A stretch of DNA of 64,000 nt from an uncultured bacterium (GCA_963787305.1 CAWBCL010000001.1:22724-86723); one strand, 5' to 3'. Shown: positions 40,601 through 51,166, numbered from the stretch's first letter. Numbers and translations are program-made. The notes: generated by a model from the letters alone, not told the origin.

Positions 40601-41675
40601 CTAGTTGTTGAAGCGGAACTCGACCACGTCGCCGTCTTGCATCACGTACTCCTTGCCCTCGATGCGGGCCTTGCCCTTCGCGCGCGCCTCGGCGATCGAC
40701 CCGGTCTCGACGAGGTCGGCGAAGCCGATGACCTCGGCCTTGATGAAGCCCTTCTCGAAGTCGGTGTGGATGACGCCCGCGGCCTGCGGCGCCTTCCAAC
40801 CCTTACCGATGGTCCAGGCGCGCGACTCCTTGGGCCCGGCGGTCAGGTAGGTCTGCAGCCCGAGCGTGTCGAAGCCGATGCGCGCGAGCTGGTCGAGGCC
40901 GCTCTCCTCCTGGCCGGTGCGACGCGAGCAGTTCTGCGGCGTCCTCGGCGTCGAGGTCGATGAGCTCCGACTCGAGCTTGGCGTCGAGGAACACGGCCTG
41001 AGCCGGGGCGACCAGTGCTGCGAGCTTGGCTTTGGCGGCGGCATCCGTCAGCACCGCCTCGTCGACGTTGAACACGTAGATGAAGGGCTTGGCGGTGAGC
41101 AGGCCGAGCTCTTTGATGGGCGCCAGATCGATCGCGGATGACGACAGCGGCTTGCCCGCGTCGAGCACCTTCTGCGCCGCGAGGGCGGTCTCCAGCACGA
41201 CGGGCTCGGCGCGCTTGGTCTTGACCTCCTTCTCGTAGCGCTCGATCGCCTTGCCGAGGGTCTGCAGGTCGGCGAGGATCAGCTCGGTGTTGATGGTCTC
41301 CATGTCGGATGCCGCATCCACGCGTCCATCGACGTGCACAACATCCGCGTCCGTGAAGCCACGGATGACCTGCGCTATCGCGTCGGCCTCACGGATGTTG
41401 GCCAAGAACTTGTTGCCGAGCCCCTCGCCCTCGCTCGCGCCCTTCACGATGCCGGCGATGTCGACGAACGACACCGGGGCCGGCAGGATGCGCTCGCTGC
41501 CGAAGATTCCGGCGAGCACATTCAGGCGCGGGTCGGGCAGGTTCACCACCCCGACGTTGGGTTCGATTGTCGCGAACGGATAGTTCGCCGCGAGCACGGA
41601 GTTCTTCGTCAACGCGTTGAACAGGGTGGACTTGCCGACATTGGGCAGTCCGACGATCGCAATAGTGAGAGCCAC
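40601..41675 (-). CDS. ychF: Redox-regulated ATPase YchF (+1 frameshift near 40920, probably a sequencing error)
   Basis: [73 protein letters not shown]. Confidence 0.95.
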
Positions 41676-41714
41676 GGGGGTCAATCGTACCGGCCCGGGC
41701 GGCCGCTCCCGCTC

Positions 41715-42707
41715 CTAGGCGGTTCGCAGGCGGCGGCGCATCCCGACAACGAGCAACACGCCCGCCGCCAGCAGGACGATGCCGGCCGTGATGGGTGCGC
41801 TCGTGTCTGCACCGGTTGCCGCAAGCGCGGGAGCCACGTACTTCGGACCGATGACCAGCGCCTCGCTGTACGGGGCCTTTGACCCGAGTGACAGCACTCC
41901 GGACATCTCTCCGGGACCCGCCGGGTCGGCGAGGGTGAAACTCCAGAGTTCCATCTGGTACTCGTCGGTGCTGATGTCGCGGCCCATCCAGAACACGCCG
42001 TTGGAGTCCATGGTGAGTGAATACGCCTCGTCGTCGGTGACGAACGGGAGCTGACCCAACGAGGTGAACGAACCGTCAGTCACGTCGACTTCAAAGACTT
42101 CGCCGTACTCATCCATGGCGTAGAAGAGCCCGGTGACCGGGTCGGATACAAACCCCCACGTGTCGACCAGGCTTGACCCAACAAGTGTCAAGACGCCGTC
42201 CGCAAGGTTGAGCGAGAAGAGGTCCCCGTCATAAAGAACGTATGCAGCTCCGTCGAGCCCGATCGCGAGCGCGTTCGCGTAGTACGGGTCGGAAAGGTAG
42301 GAGATGTCAGCGACCTTCGTGCTGACACCCGTCACGAGGTCAACCCTCACGAGATAGGGGAAGTCGTAGTCATCCTCCTCGACGAGGGCGTACACGATTC
42401 CCGTCGTCGGGTCTAGGGCCGGACTTCCCGCGCAGTTCGAGCTCTCGATCTCGCTGCCCGACCCGACCGCCACCGCCACCGCAGTGTGCTCGTCAAGAGC
42501 CAGCACCTGATTGTTCGGCGTCTGCGCGAGCGCGTCACTGTAGTAAGGGCACGTGATCGCGTAGAGCGAATTGCCATCGGGCAGGGAGCGAGTGCCCGCA
42601 GCTTGGGCGGACGAGGCTATACCGGTCAACGCAAGGGCAGCGGCGACGGCGACAACGGTTGTGATGCGCGAACGAGTGGTCAGAGGTTTCACCAGTGAAG
42701 AAGACAT
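41715..42707 (-). CDS. Secreted, probably cell-wall-anchored beta-propeller-like protein
   Basis: Signal peptide (SAQA), repeated DP.TG..YA / VD..TG blades, C-terminal LAATG + TM + RRR. Confidence 0.7.
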   Translation of the reverse strand: MSSSLVKPLTTRSRITTVVAVAAALALTGIASSAQAAGTRSLPDGNSLYAITCPYYSDALAQTPNNQVLALDEHTAVAVAVGSGSEIESSNCAGSPALDPTTGIVYALVEEDDYDFPYLVRVDLVTGVSTKVADISYLSDPYYANALAIGLDGAAYVLYDGDLFSLNLADGVLTLVGSSLVDTWGFVSDPVTGLFYAMDEYGEVFEVDVTDGSFTSLGQLPFVTDDEAYSLTMDSNGVFWMGRDISTDEYQMELWSFTLADPAGPGEMSGVLSLGSKAPYSEALVIGPKYVAPALAATGADTSAPITAGIVLLAAGVLLVVGMRRRLRTA

Positions 42708-42808
42708 GTCACTACGACTATAGGGCGAACGATCTTGGGTGTGGTGACGATCGTGCGACCCCGGCGCGCCCCACTGGCTACGTCGCCGGTCGATGCGACC
42801 ATCGGATA

Positions 42809-43417
42809 GTGCCCCTGGATTTCACAGCGATCGACTTCGAAACCGCCAACAATTCACCAGCGAGCGCGTGCTCGGTGGGACTCGTCAAGGTTCGCGACGG
42901 TCGCGTCGTCGACACGGCGTACTGGCTGATCAAGCCGCCGCTCGGGTACGACTCCTTTCAGGAGTGGAACGTGCGCATCCACGGGATCATGGCTGCGGAT
43001 GTCGTAGACGCCCTGTTGTGGAGCGAGCAACTGCCCGAACTCGAGTCGTTCGCCGAGAACGACGTGCTCGTGGCCCACAACGCCATGTTCGACATGGGCG
43101 TCATCGCTGCGGCGAGCGCGGCATCCTTCGTCCCGAGCCCGGCGTACGACTACCTGTGCAGCCTCCACGTCGCGCGCAAGACCTACAACCTGGACTCCTA
43201 CAAGCTGCCGTCCGCGGCGCTCGCGGCTGGATTCGACGACTTCCAGCACCACAACGCGCTCGCCGACTCCGAGGCGTGTGCGGCAATCATTGTGCACGCG
43301 GCACGGAGGCACGGCGCATCCGACATCGCGGAGCTCGCCGAGGCGGTCGGGTCGACGCTTAAGCGTGTCGGCGGAGAGGTTCCCGAGACCGTCCCCACCG
43401 CTTCGCTCGGTCGCTAG
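42809..43417 (+). CDS. DEDDh 3'-5' exonuclease (DnaQ-like)
   Basis: AIDFETAN, VAHNAMFD, HHNALADSEAC; GTG 42809. Confidence 0.9.
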   Translation: MPLDFTAIDFETANNSPASACSVGLVKVRDGRVVDTAYWLIKPPLGYDSFQEWNVRIHGIMAADVVDALLWSEQLPELESFAENDVLVAHNAMFDMGVIAAASAASFVPSPAYDYLCSLHVARKTYNLDSYKLPSAALAAGFDDFQHHNALADSEACAAIIVHAARRHGASDIAELAEAVGSTLKRVGGEVPETVPTASLGR

Positions 43418-44259
43418 TGCCCGACTCGTCGACTCGCCCCCTGCGCGCGGTCGCCCTCGACATCGATGGCACCCTGATCGACTCGCGCAAGCAGATAATG
43501 CCGTTCACGCGGTCCGAGATTCACCGGGTCGTGCAGGAATACGGTGCACACATCATCCTCGTGACTGCGCGCAGCCCGCAGTCGGCCGGGGTCATCGAGG
43601 ATCGTCTGGGTCTCCCCGCCTCGTACGCCACCTTTGGCGGTTCGCTGGTGTGGGCCCGACAGACCGACGGGTCGCTGTTGCCCCTCGCCGAAGCACCGCT
43701 GCTGCCCGCCGACGTGAGTCACATACTCGACACAGCCCGCGCCTTCGGGCTGCACACTGGTCTCTACACGCGAGACACCTGGTTCGTGAGCGCCCTCGAC
43801 TATTGGGGCATGCGCGAGGCGCGCAACACCGCGGTGTGGCCCGAAATGCGTGACCCGGCAGCAGACCCACCAGCCGAGCCGGTCTTCAAGATCATGTTTC
43901 GCGGCGAGCAGGCACCGTTGGCCGAGCTCGCGCAGGCTCTCGCCGAACGTCCCGGATCGACGTACGCGCACCACGTGAAGAACGTGCTCGAGATCATCTG
44001 TGCCGATGCCGTCAAGCTCACCGCCCTGTCCACCCTCGCGGATCACCTTGAGATCGGCCTCGATCAGATCATCGCCTTCGGCGACACCGCCGCAGACCTG
44101 GGCATGCTCGAACACGCCGGCGTTGGGGTGCTCATGGCCAACGCGAGCGCCGACCTACGCGTCGCCGACAGCATCGAACGCACCCTCTCCAACGACGAAG
44201 ACGGCATCGGGATGTCGCTGCGCAAGCACTTCCCGACCGCAGCGCCGTTCCTGCCGTAG
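43417..44259 (+). CDS. Cof-type HAD-IIB hydrolase
   Basis: ALDIDGTL, VTAR, AFGDTAADLGML..AG.GVLMANA, SNDEDG. Confidence 0.88.
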   Translation: MPDSSTRPLRAVALDIDGTLIDSRKQIMPFTRSEIHRVVQEYGAHIILVTARSPQSAGVIEDRLGLPASYATFGGSLVWARQTDGSLLPLAEAPLLPADVSHILDTARAFGLHTGLYTRDTWFVSALDYWGMREARNTAVWPEMRDPAADPPAEPVFKIMFRGEQAPLAELAQALAERPGSTYAHHVKNVLEIICADAVKLTALSTLADHLEIGLDQIIAFGDTAADLGMLEHAGVGVLMANASADLRVADSIERTLSNDEDGIGMSLRKHFPTAAPFLP

Positions 44260-44280
44260 TCAGCCGGCAGAAGTCGGGAT

Positions 44281-44309
44281 GCCCCGCGTGCCCCGCGTGG
44301 CCCCGCGTG
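44281..44309 (+). repeat. Short tandem repeat GCCCCGCGT(G) x3
   Basis: GCCCCGCGT GCCCCGCGTG GCCCCGCGTG in the intergenic region before the lipoprotein gene. Confidence 0.7.
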
Positions 44310-44332
44310 ACCTCGTATGCAATCATTGAGGG

Positions 44333-44998
44333 GTGTTGAGATTTTCTCTACTCATCGTTGGGGCAGCGATTGTCGGGCTTAGTGGCTGTGCGCCCGCTCC
44401 AACCGCGGCTCCCGAGCCGAGCTCGCCGGCCAGTTCGCCTAGCGCGAGCCCCGAAGTTCCGGTCGTGAGCGCAATAGCAATCCGATCATCCGGGCTGGAG
44501 TTTCGAGACGGCGACGGCGACGTAATAAGCAGCGTCGGCTGGTTTGACGACCTCGACGTCACGCTCGACCTGCTCGAGGATGCCTTCGGTGCGACGCCGG
44601 TCGAGGTGCCGTGGGTCGGTCACTCCGAGTCGCCCCCCGGCACCGACTACACCTGGTCGGGATTCACGGTGCGGCTCGTGGGCCACGAGGCGAGCGAACC
44701 GCTCTCCCCCAACGTGAGCGCTCGCAGCTCGGTGGGCGCCGTCGGCGACGTCGCGATCACCACCGCCAATGGTCTAACGGTGGGCACAACACTCGACGAC
44801 GTCATCGCCGCCGGACCCACCGAAAGCGTCGACTTCGAGTTCGAGGGGGTCAACTGGTCGTGGTACCACTTCGACCCTCAGCAGGTCGCTCTGGGCGCCG
44901 ACGGACGGCCATTGATCACTTCGGTCTGGCTCCGGCTCAATCGAGACACCGGAGTCGTGACCGAGATTGTCGCGCCTCAGGGTAACTACGGCGTCTGA
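44333..44998 (+). CDS. Putative lipoprotein
   Basis: Signal peptide with LSGC lipobox and a Pro/Ser linker. Confidence 0.72.
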   Translation: MLRFSLLIVGAAIVGLSGCAPAPTAAPEPSSPASSPSASPEVPVVSAIAIRSSGLEFRDGDGDVISSVGWFDDLDVTLDLLEDAFGATPVEVPWVGHSESPPGTDYTWSGFTVRLVGHEASEPLSPNVSARSSVGAVGDVAITTANGLTVGTTLDDVIAAGPTESVDFEFEGVNWSWYHFDPQQVALGADGRPLITSVWLRLNRDTGVVTEIVAPQGNYGV

Positions 44999-45041
44999 CC
45001 GCCGAGCGGCCCAACGACCGCCCGGCGACCGCCCGCCGTCG

Positions 45042-46532
45042 CTAGTTCTGCGGGAACCCCAAGTTGATTCCACCGTGGCTCGGGTCGAGCCAGCGGCTCG
45101 TGATCGCCTTCTGGCGCGTGAAGAAGTGCACCGCATCCGGGCCGTAGGCCTTCGTGTCGCCGAACAGCGAGTCTTTCCAGCCGCCGAATGAGTAGTAGCC
45201 CACGGGCACGGGGATCGGAACGTTGATGCCGACCATGCCGACCTCGATCTCGCGCTGGAACTGGCGGGCGGCGCCACCATCGTTGGTGAAGATCGCTGTG
45301 CCGTTGCCGTACTGGGAGGCGTTGATGAGGTCGACGCCCTCCTGGTACGAGGCGACGCGAACGATCGAGAGCACCGGTCCGAAGATCTCGTGCTTGTAGA
45401 CATCCGAGTCGACTGACACGTTGTCGATGAGCGTGGGGCCGAGCCAGAAGCCGCCCTCGCCACCGTCGACCTCGATGCCGCGACCGTCGACGACGACGGT
45501 CGCGCCGTCCTTCGTCGCGACGTCGATGTAGCTGGCGACCTTGTCGCGGTGCGCCTCGGTAATGAGCGGGCCCATGTCGCAGCCGCGCGTTCCGTCTCCG
45601 ACCTTGAGGCTCGCCATGCGGGACTTGATCTTCTCGATCAGGTCATCGGCGACAGGCTCGACGGCCACGACGACCGAGATCGCCATGCAGCGCTCGCCCG
45701 CCGAGCCGAAGCCCGCGTTGATGGCCGAGTCGGCGACGAGCTCGAGGTCGGCATCCGGAAGCACCAGCATGTGGTTCTTCGCCCCGCCGAGGGCCTGAAC
45801 GCGCTTGCCGTTCTTGGATGCGGTCTCGTAGATGTAGCGAGCGATGGGGGTCGAGCCGACGAAGGAGATCGACTGGATGTCTTTGTGCTCGAGCAGAGCA
45901 TCCACCGACTCCTTGTCGCCGTGAACGACGTTGAAGACGCCGTCGGGAAGGCCGGCCTCCTTGAAGAGCTTGGCCATCCAGATGGCGGCGCTCGGGTCTT
46001 TCTCGCTCGGCTTGAGAACGACGGTGTTGCCGGCCGCGATGGCGATCGGGAAGAACCACAGCGGAACCATGGCCGGGAAGTTGAACGGGCTGATGATGCC
46101 GACGACGCCGAGCGGCTGGTGCACCGAGTACACGTCGACGCCGGTGGAGACGTTCTCGGAGTGCTCGCCCTTCATCAGGTGCGGGATGGATGTCGCAAAC
46201 TCGACGACCTCCAGACCGCGGGCGACCTCGCCGAGCGCGTCGCTGGTGACCTTGCCGTGCTCGTTCGTGAGGATCGCAGCGACCTCTTCCTTGCGAGCGT
46301 TGAGCAGCTCGCGGAAGGTGAACAGGATGCTCTGGCGCTTGGCGAGCGAGGTGTCTGCCCAGGCGGGGAAGGCGGCCTTGGCGACCTTGACTGCGGCATC
46401 GACATCGGCGACCGAGGCGAGACGCACCTCGCGTGACACGGTGCCTTCGGCGGGGTTGTAGACCGGGGCGGTGCGGGTGGATGCGCCGGTCGCTGCCGCG
46501 CCGTTGATCCAGTGGTCAATGATCTCGGTCAT
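45042..46532 (-). CDS. mmsA: CoA-acylating methylmalonate-semialdehyde dehydrogenase
   Basis: PFNFPAMVPLW, KPSEKDP, SFVGSTP, GGAKNH, GSAGERCMA, VGINVPIPVP. Confidence 0.93.
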   Translation of the reverse strand: MTEIIDHWINGAAATGASTRTAPVYNPAEGTVSREVRLASVADVDAAVKVAKAAFPAWADTSLAKRQSILFTFRELLNARKEEVAAILTNEHGKVTSDALGEVARGLEVVEFATSIPHLMKGEHSENVSTGVDVYSVHQPLGVVGIISPFNFPAMVPLWFFPIAIAAGNTVVLKPSEKDPSAAIWMAKLFKEAGLPDGVFNVVHGDKESVDALLEHKDIQSISFVGSTPIARYIYETASKNGKRVQALGGAKNHMLVLPDADLELVADSAINAGFGSAGERCMAISVVVAVEPVADDLIEKIKSRMASLKVGDGTRGCDMGPLITEAHRDKVASYIDVATKDGATVVVDGRGIEVDGGEGGFWLGPTLIDNVSVDSDVYKHEIFGPVLSIVRVASYQEGVDLINASQYGNGTAIFTNDGGAARQFQREIEVGMVGINVPIPVPVGYYSFGGWKDSLFGDTKAYGPDAVHFFTRQKAITSRWLDPSHGGINLGFPQN

Positions 46533-46632
46533 TGCGGGCTCTTTCCGTGTGGGCTGAAATTCAAGTGCGTGACTCCAGTGTGGTGCCGCGCCGATCTGCG
46601 TTCAAGGGCTATTAGCGCACAGCCAATATGCA

Positions 46633-47554
46633 CTATTGCACGGGGAGCAGGTCGGCCGAGCGAAGCCGTACCTCCTCGATGAGGGCATCCCGTACTAGTC
46701 GTACCGCGTCGACCGCGAGGCTGTCTTTGCGCACCGAGAGCGAGAAGAGCAGCCGGAAGTCGACCTCGTCGGGCAACACAGCGACCAAGCGCGGGTCGTC
46801 GTGCGCCATGAAGGCGTGCAACAGCCCGATCCCCGCACCGCGACGCGTCGCCTCGAGCTGCGCGAACACGTTCGTCGAACCGAAACCGACCCGCATGCCG
46901 CTGAGCACGGGCGCTAGGTCGAGTTCACGAACCGTGAGCAAGGCATCCACATAGAAGACGAGCGGATGCCGCTCCAGATCGCTCAGCGACGTGATCGGCG
47001 GATGCTCGGCCAGGTACTCGGGCGACGCGTACAGCCGCAGGGCATAGGGCGCGAGAGCCTCCGCGGTCAGCCGCGAGCTCGCGGCCGAGCCCACAGTAAC
47101 GGCGAGGTCGAACCCCGACCCGCGCAGGCTCAAGCGGGCTAGTCGACGTGACCAGTTCGACTGTGATGCCGGGATGCCGCTTCTGCACCCGCGCCAGGCA
47201 GGGCGCGACGAATACTGTGCCGAAGCCTTCGGGCGCGACGATGCGCACGGTTCCGCGCGGGCCGTCGGACCCGCCGGATGCGGCATCCATTACCTGTTCG
47301 ACGACGTGCTCGAGGCTCGCTGAGCGGGCCGCGACATCGCGACCGATTGCGGTGAGCTCCCAGCCGTCGGCCCCACGGTCAAGCAACCGCGCCCCGAGTG
47401 CCGACTCGAGTCGGTCGAGCCGGCGTCGAACCGTGGTGTGATCGACGCCCAGCAGGGCAGCCGCTGAGACCAGTCGCCCGGAGCGGGCCACGGCGAGCAG
47501 GTAGCGCAGGTCGTCGGTGCTGACGTCGAGGGGATGGGGCACCGACGCGGTCAT
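46633..47554 (-). CDS. LysR-family regulator (+1 frameshift near 47135)
   Basis: HTH DDLRYLLAVARSG..AA..LGVDHTTVRRRL; the substrate-binding domain continues in ORF 46633-47286. Confidence 0.85.
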
Positions 47555-47598
47555 GGCATAACCCTATGTCTCGCCAAGCCGCGGTTCGTAGCCGGAGA

Positions 47599-47621
47599 TT
47601 GTCCGGGGCCGCTGTGATACT
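47599..47621 (+). promoter_or_regulatory. RecA-NDp/PafBC-like promoter of rmuC
   Basis: TTGTCCGGG-8 nt-GATACT, then 6 nt to ATG; imperfect match. Confidence 0.45.
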
Positions 47622-47627
47622 GGGCGC

Positions 47628-48980
47628 ATGGACCCCATCCTCGCCCTCATAGTCGGCCTCGCCGCCGGAAGCATCCTCGGCGCAGCGATCGGTCTGCTCG
47701 CGGCTCGGCTGCGCACGACAACTGCCGACCCCGCGGTCATCGAGGCGCGTCACGCGACGGCGATCGCCGAGATCCGCGGCCACGAGGCGGAGTTGCGCGC
47801 CGAACTCGGGGCACAACTGGCCGCTGCTCAGGCCGGCCTCGCGGGGCTGCGCGAGCAACTCGACGCCACGAAAGAGCAGTACCGCGATGCGGTGGGGCGC
47901 GCTCAGGCCGAGGCGCAAGAGCGTGCAGCTGAGGGCAAAGTGTTGCAGGCTCTCTCCCCCGTGCAGGAGACCCTTCGCACGATGCAGCAGAAGGTGCTCG
48001 ATCTTGAGGAACAGCGCAGCCGGCAACACGGCGAGCTCTCCCAGCAGTTGCGCACCGCCTCCGAGTCGGAGCAGCGTCTGGCGGCCACGGCCGAGTCGCT
48101 CGCCTCGGCCCTGCGCAACAACGCCACCCGCGGCGTCTGGGGTGAGACCCAGCTGCGCAGCCTCGTCGAGTCGGCTGGCCTTCTCAACCGCGTCGACTTC
48201 ACCGTGCAGACCAGCATCACCGCGGAGTCCGGCGCACGTCGTCCCGACATGGTGCTTCGGCTGCCGGGCGGCAAGTCGATCGCCGTCGACGCGAAGGTTC
48301 CCTACAACTCCTACATCGATGCGAGCGCGATCCCCGCGACCGCGACCGGCGAGCAGGAGGCCCGACGCCAGACCCTTCTCGCCCAGCACGCCAAGCAGGT
48401 CAAGGCGCACGTGGATGCCCTCTCGGCCAAGAGCTACTGGACGGGCCTCGACTCGAGCCCCGAGTTCACCATGGCGTTCATCCCCAACGAGTCACTGCTC
48501 TCCGTCGCTCTCGACCAAGACCCGTCTCTGCTCGACTACGCGTTTAGTAAGCGAGTGCTGCTTGCATCCCCGGTGAGCTTCTGGGCGACCCTCAAGACCG
48601 TCGCGTTCACCTGGCAGCAAGACGTTCTCACCGAGGATGCCAAGCGACTGTTCGACCTCGGCAAGGAGCTGTTCGGGCGCATCGCGACGCTCGGCGAACA
48701 CGCCGAGAAGCTGCGTCGGTCGCTCGACACGACGGTCGCCAGTTACAACCAGTTCGCGAGCTCGCTAGAGTCGCGCGTGCTCGTCACCGCTCGCAAGCTC
48801 GACCAGCTGGACGAGTCCAAGGTCATCCCGACCCCGGGACTCGTCGAGGAGCGCCCCAAGCCGCTGAATTCGGTCGAGTTTGAACTCGCCTCACTCGACG
48901 AACTTGAGGGCGTCGCTCGCCCGGAACTCGAGCTTCCGGGGCTGCCTCCGGTCGCGAAGAATTCGAAGAAGTCCGCCTAG
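47628..48980 (+). CDS. rmuC: DNA recombination protein RmuC
   Basis: N-terminal TM and coiled coil; RGVWGETQL, RPDMVLRLP, VDAKVP, MAFIPNE. Confidence 0.93.
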   Translation: MDPILALIVGLAAGSILGAAIGLLAARLRTTTADPAVIEARHATAIAEIRGHEAELRAELGAQLAAAQAGLAGLREQLDATKEQYRDAVGRAQAEAQERAAEGKVLQALSPVQETLRTMQQKVLDLEEQRSRQHGELSQQLRTASESEQRLAATAESLASALRNNATRGVWGETQLRSLVESAGLLNRVDFTVQTSITAESGARRPDMVLRLPGGKSIAVDAKVPYNSYIDASAIPATATGEQEARRQTLLAQHAKQVKAHVDALSAKSYWTGLDSSPEFTMAFIPNESLLSVALDQDPSLLDYAFSKRVLLASPVSFWATLKTVAFTWQQDVLTEDAKRLFDLGKELFGRIATLGEHAEKLRRSLDTTVASYNQFASSLESRVLVTARKLDQLDESKVIPTPGLVEERPKPLNSVEFELASLDELEGVARPELELPGLPPVAKNSKKSA

Positions 48981-48989
48981 TTCGACAAT

Positions 48990-49979
48990 CTAGTCGAGCC
49001 ACTTCTCCGCGAGATGGTCGGCGGTTACCCGGCGGATCGTGCCCGAGTGTGACCGCAGCACGATCGACTCGGTGCGGATGATCGGGCCCAGCCTGCGCAC
49101 GCCGCGCACGAGTCCGCCGTCGGTCACGCCGGTTGCCACGAAGAAGGTGTTGTCGCTGCGCACCATGCTGTCGGCGTCGTACACGTGATCGAACAGCAGC
49201 CCTGCGGCCTCGCCTCTGGCGCGCTCCTCGTCGTCCTTCGGCGCGAGAATCGTCTGGATCTCGCCGCCGAGGGCCTTGATCGCGCAGGCCGTCGCGACTC
49301 CCTCGGGGCTGCCGCCGATGCCCGCGCAGATGTCGATTCGGGTTCCGTAGATGGCCGCGTTGATGCCGCCCGCGACATCGCCGTCGAGCATGAGGCGGGT
49401 GCCCGCTCCCGTCGCACGAATGTCTTCGATGAGCTGCTCGTGGCGCGGTCGGTCGAGCACGGCGACGACGATCTCGTCGATCGGCTTGCCCTTCGCCTTC
49501 GCGAAGGCGCGGATGTTGTCGCCGATCGGCTTGCGGATGTCGATGACCCCACGACCCTCGGCCCCCGTCACGATCTTGTCCATGTAGAAGACGCTGGATG
49601 CGTCGAGCATCGTTCCGCGATCCGACACCGCGATCATCGAGATGGCGTTCTGTCGACCCGCCGCGGTCAGCGAAGTACCGTCGATCGGATCGACGGCGAT
49701 GTCACAGGCCGGGCCTTTGCCCGTGCCGACGTGCTCGCCGTTGAAGAGCATCGGGGCGCTGTCTTTCTCGCCCTCACCGATAACGACCAGTCCGTCGAAC
49801 TCGACGGTGCCCAGAAACTTGCGCATCGCGTCGACCGCGGCACCGTCGGCGCCCAGCTTGTCGCCCTTGCCGATGAACGGAACGGCGCGTATCGCGGCCG
49901 CCTCGGTGGCCCGCACCAACTCGAGCGCGAGGTTGCGGTCGGGGTGGAGGAAGAGCGTTCCGGTTTCGGGGTTCACCAC
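48990..49979 (-). CDS. glpX: Fructose-1,6-bisphosphatase class II
   Basis: RNLALELVRATEAAA, IGEGEKD.APML, DIAVDPIDGT, GGSPEG, ATGVTDG. Confidence 0.95.
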   Translation of the reverse strand: MVNPETGTLFLHPDRNLALELVRATEAAAIRAVPFIGKGDKLGADGAAVDAMRKFLGTVEFDGLVVIGEGEKDSAPMLFNGEHVGTGKGPACDIAVDPIDGTSLTAAGRQNAISMIAVSDRGTMLDASSVFYMDKIVTGAEGRGVIDIRKPIGDNIRAFAKAKGKPIDEIVVAVLDRPRHEQLIEDIRATGAGTRLMLDGDVAGGINAAIYGTRIDICAGIGGSPEGVATACAIKALGGEIQTILAPKDDEERARGEAAGLLFDHVYDADSMVRSDNTFFVATGVTDGGLVRGVRRLGPIIRTESIVLRSHSGTIRRVTADHLAEKWLD

Positions 49980-50096
49980 AGGTATTGATCCTTAGTTGGA
50001 GAGACGAAGCGCTGTGGTGGGATTCGTGGCGAATCAGCAGCACCAGCCTAGTCAGTAGACTTTCACCGCCACCACACGCACCTCGAGGAGACCCCC

Positions 50097-51123
50097 ATGC
50101 CTGTTGCAACCCCGGATCAGTACGCCGAAATGCTCGACAAGGCGAAGACACGCGGCTTCGCATACCCGGCGATCAACGTCTCGTCGTCCTCGACCATCAA
50201 CGCCGTCTTGCAGGGCCTCAGCGAGGCTGGCTCCGACGGCATAATTCAGGTCACCACCGGTGGTGCCGACTACTTCGCCGGGCAGAGCGTCAAGGCGCGG
50301 GCATCCGGAGCACTGGCGTTTGCCGCATTCGTTACCGAGGTCGCCAAGAACTACCCCGTGACGGTTGCCTTGCACACCGACCACTGCCCGAAAGACGCGC
50401 TTGATGGATTCGTTATCCCACTCATCGCTGCCTCCGAGGCCGAGGTCAAGGCCGGACGCAACCCGATCTTCCAGTCGCACATGTGGGACGGTTCGGCCGT
50501 GCCGCTCGCCGAGAACCTCGAGATCGCGAAGACCCTGCTGCCGCGCATGAAGGCGATCAACTCGATTCTCGAGGTCGAGATCGGTGTTGTCGGTGGCGAG
50601 GAGGATGGCGTGAGTCACGACATCAACGACAACCTGTACACGACGCTCGACGACGCCATCGCGACCGTCGAAGCCCTCGGCTTGGGCGAGCAGGGCCGGT
50701 ACATGGCTGCGCTGACTTTCGGCAACGTGCACGGCGTCTACAAGCCGGGCAACGTGAAGCTCAAGCCCGAGCTGTTGGGCGAGATCCAGGCGGGCCTCGC
50801 CAAGAAGTACGGAACGTCTGCCCATCCGCTCGATCTCGTCTTCCACGGTGGATCGGGATCGACCGCCGAGGAGATCGCCACGGCGGTCGCCAATGGCGTC
50901 GTGAAGATGAACATCGACACCGACACTCAGTACGCGTTCAGCCGTTCGGTCGCCGACACGGTGCTGAAGAACTACGACGGATTCCTCAAGGTCGATGGCG
51001 AGGTCGGCAACAAGAAGGTCTACGACCCGCGCTCCTGGGGCAAGCTGGCCGAGTCCGCCATGGCCGCTCGCGTCGTCGAAGCGACGCGAGGAGCTCGGCT
51101 CGGCGGGGCACTCCGGCAAGTAG
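50097..51123 (+). CDS. fbaA: Fructose-bisphosphate aldolase class II (+1 frameshift near 51090)
   Basis: LHTDHC, SHMWDGS, GNVHGVY, VFHGGSG, KMNIDTD, YDPR; the expected end ELGSAGHSGK* is in the next frame (TAG 51121-51123). Confidence 0.93.
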
Positions 51124-51166
51124 CCGCGCACGCGACCTGGTCCGATCGGCCGGCTCGTGCCGGTCG

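Noticed and set aside
38463-40688. ychF-end repeats as a CRISPR array or a prophage att pair
   Set aside because: The repeats are protein-coding sequence of unequal length, separated by 0.6-1.4 kb of genes; no cas, integrase or phage genes are present.
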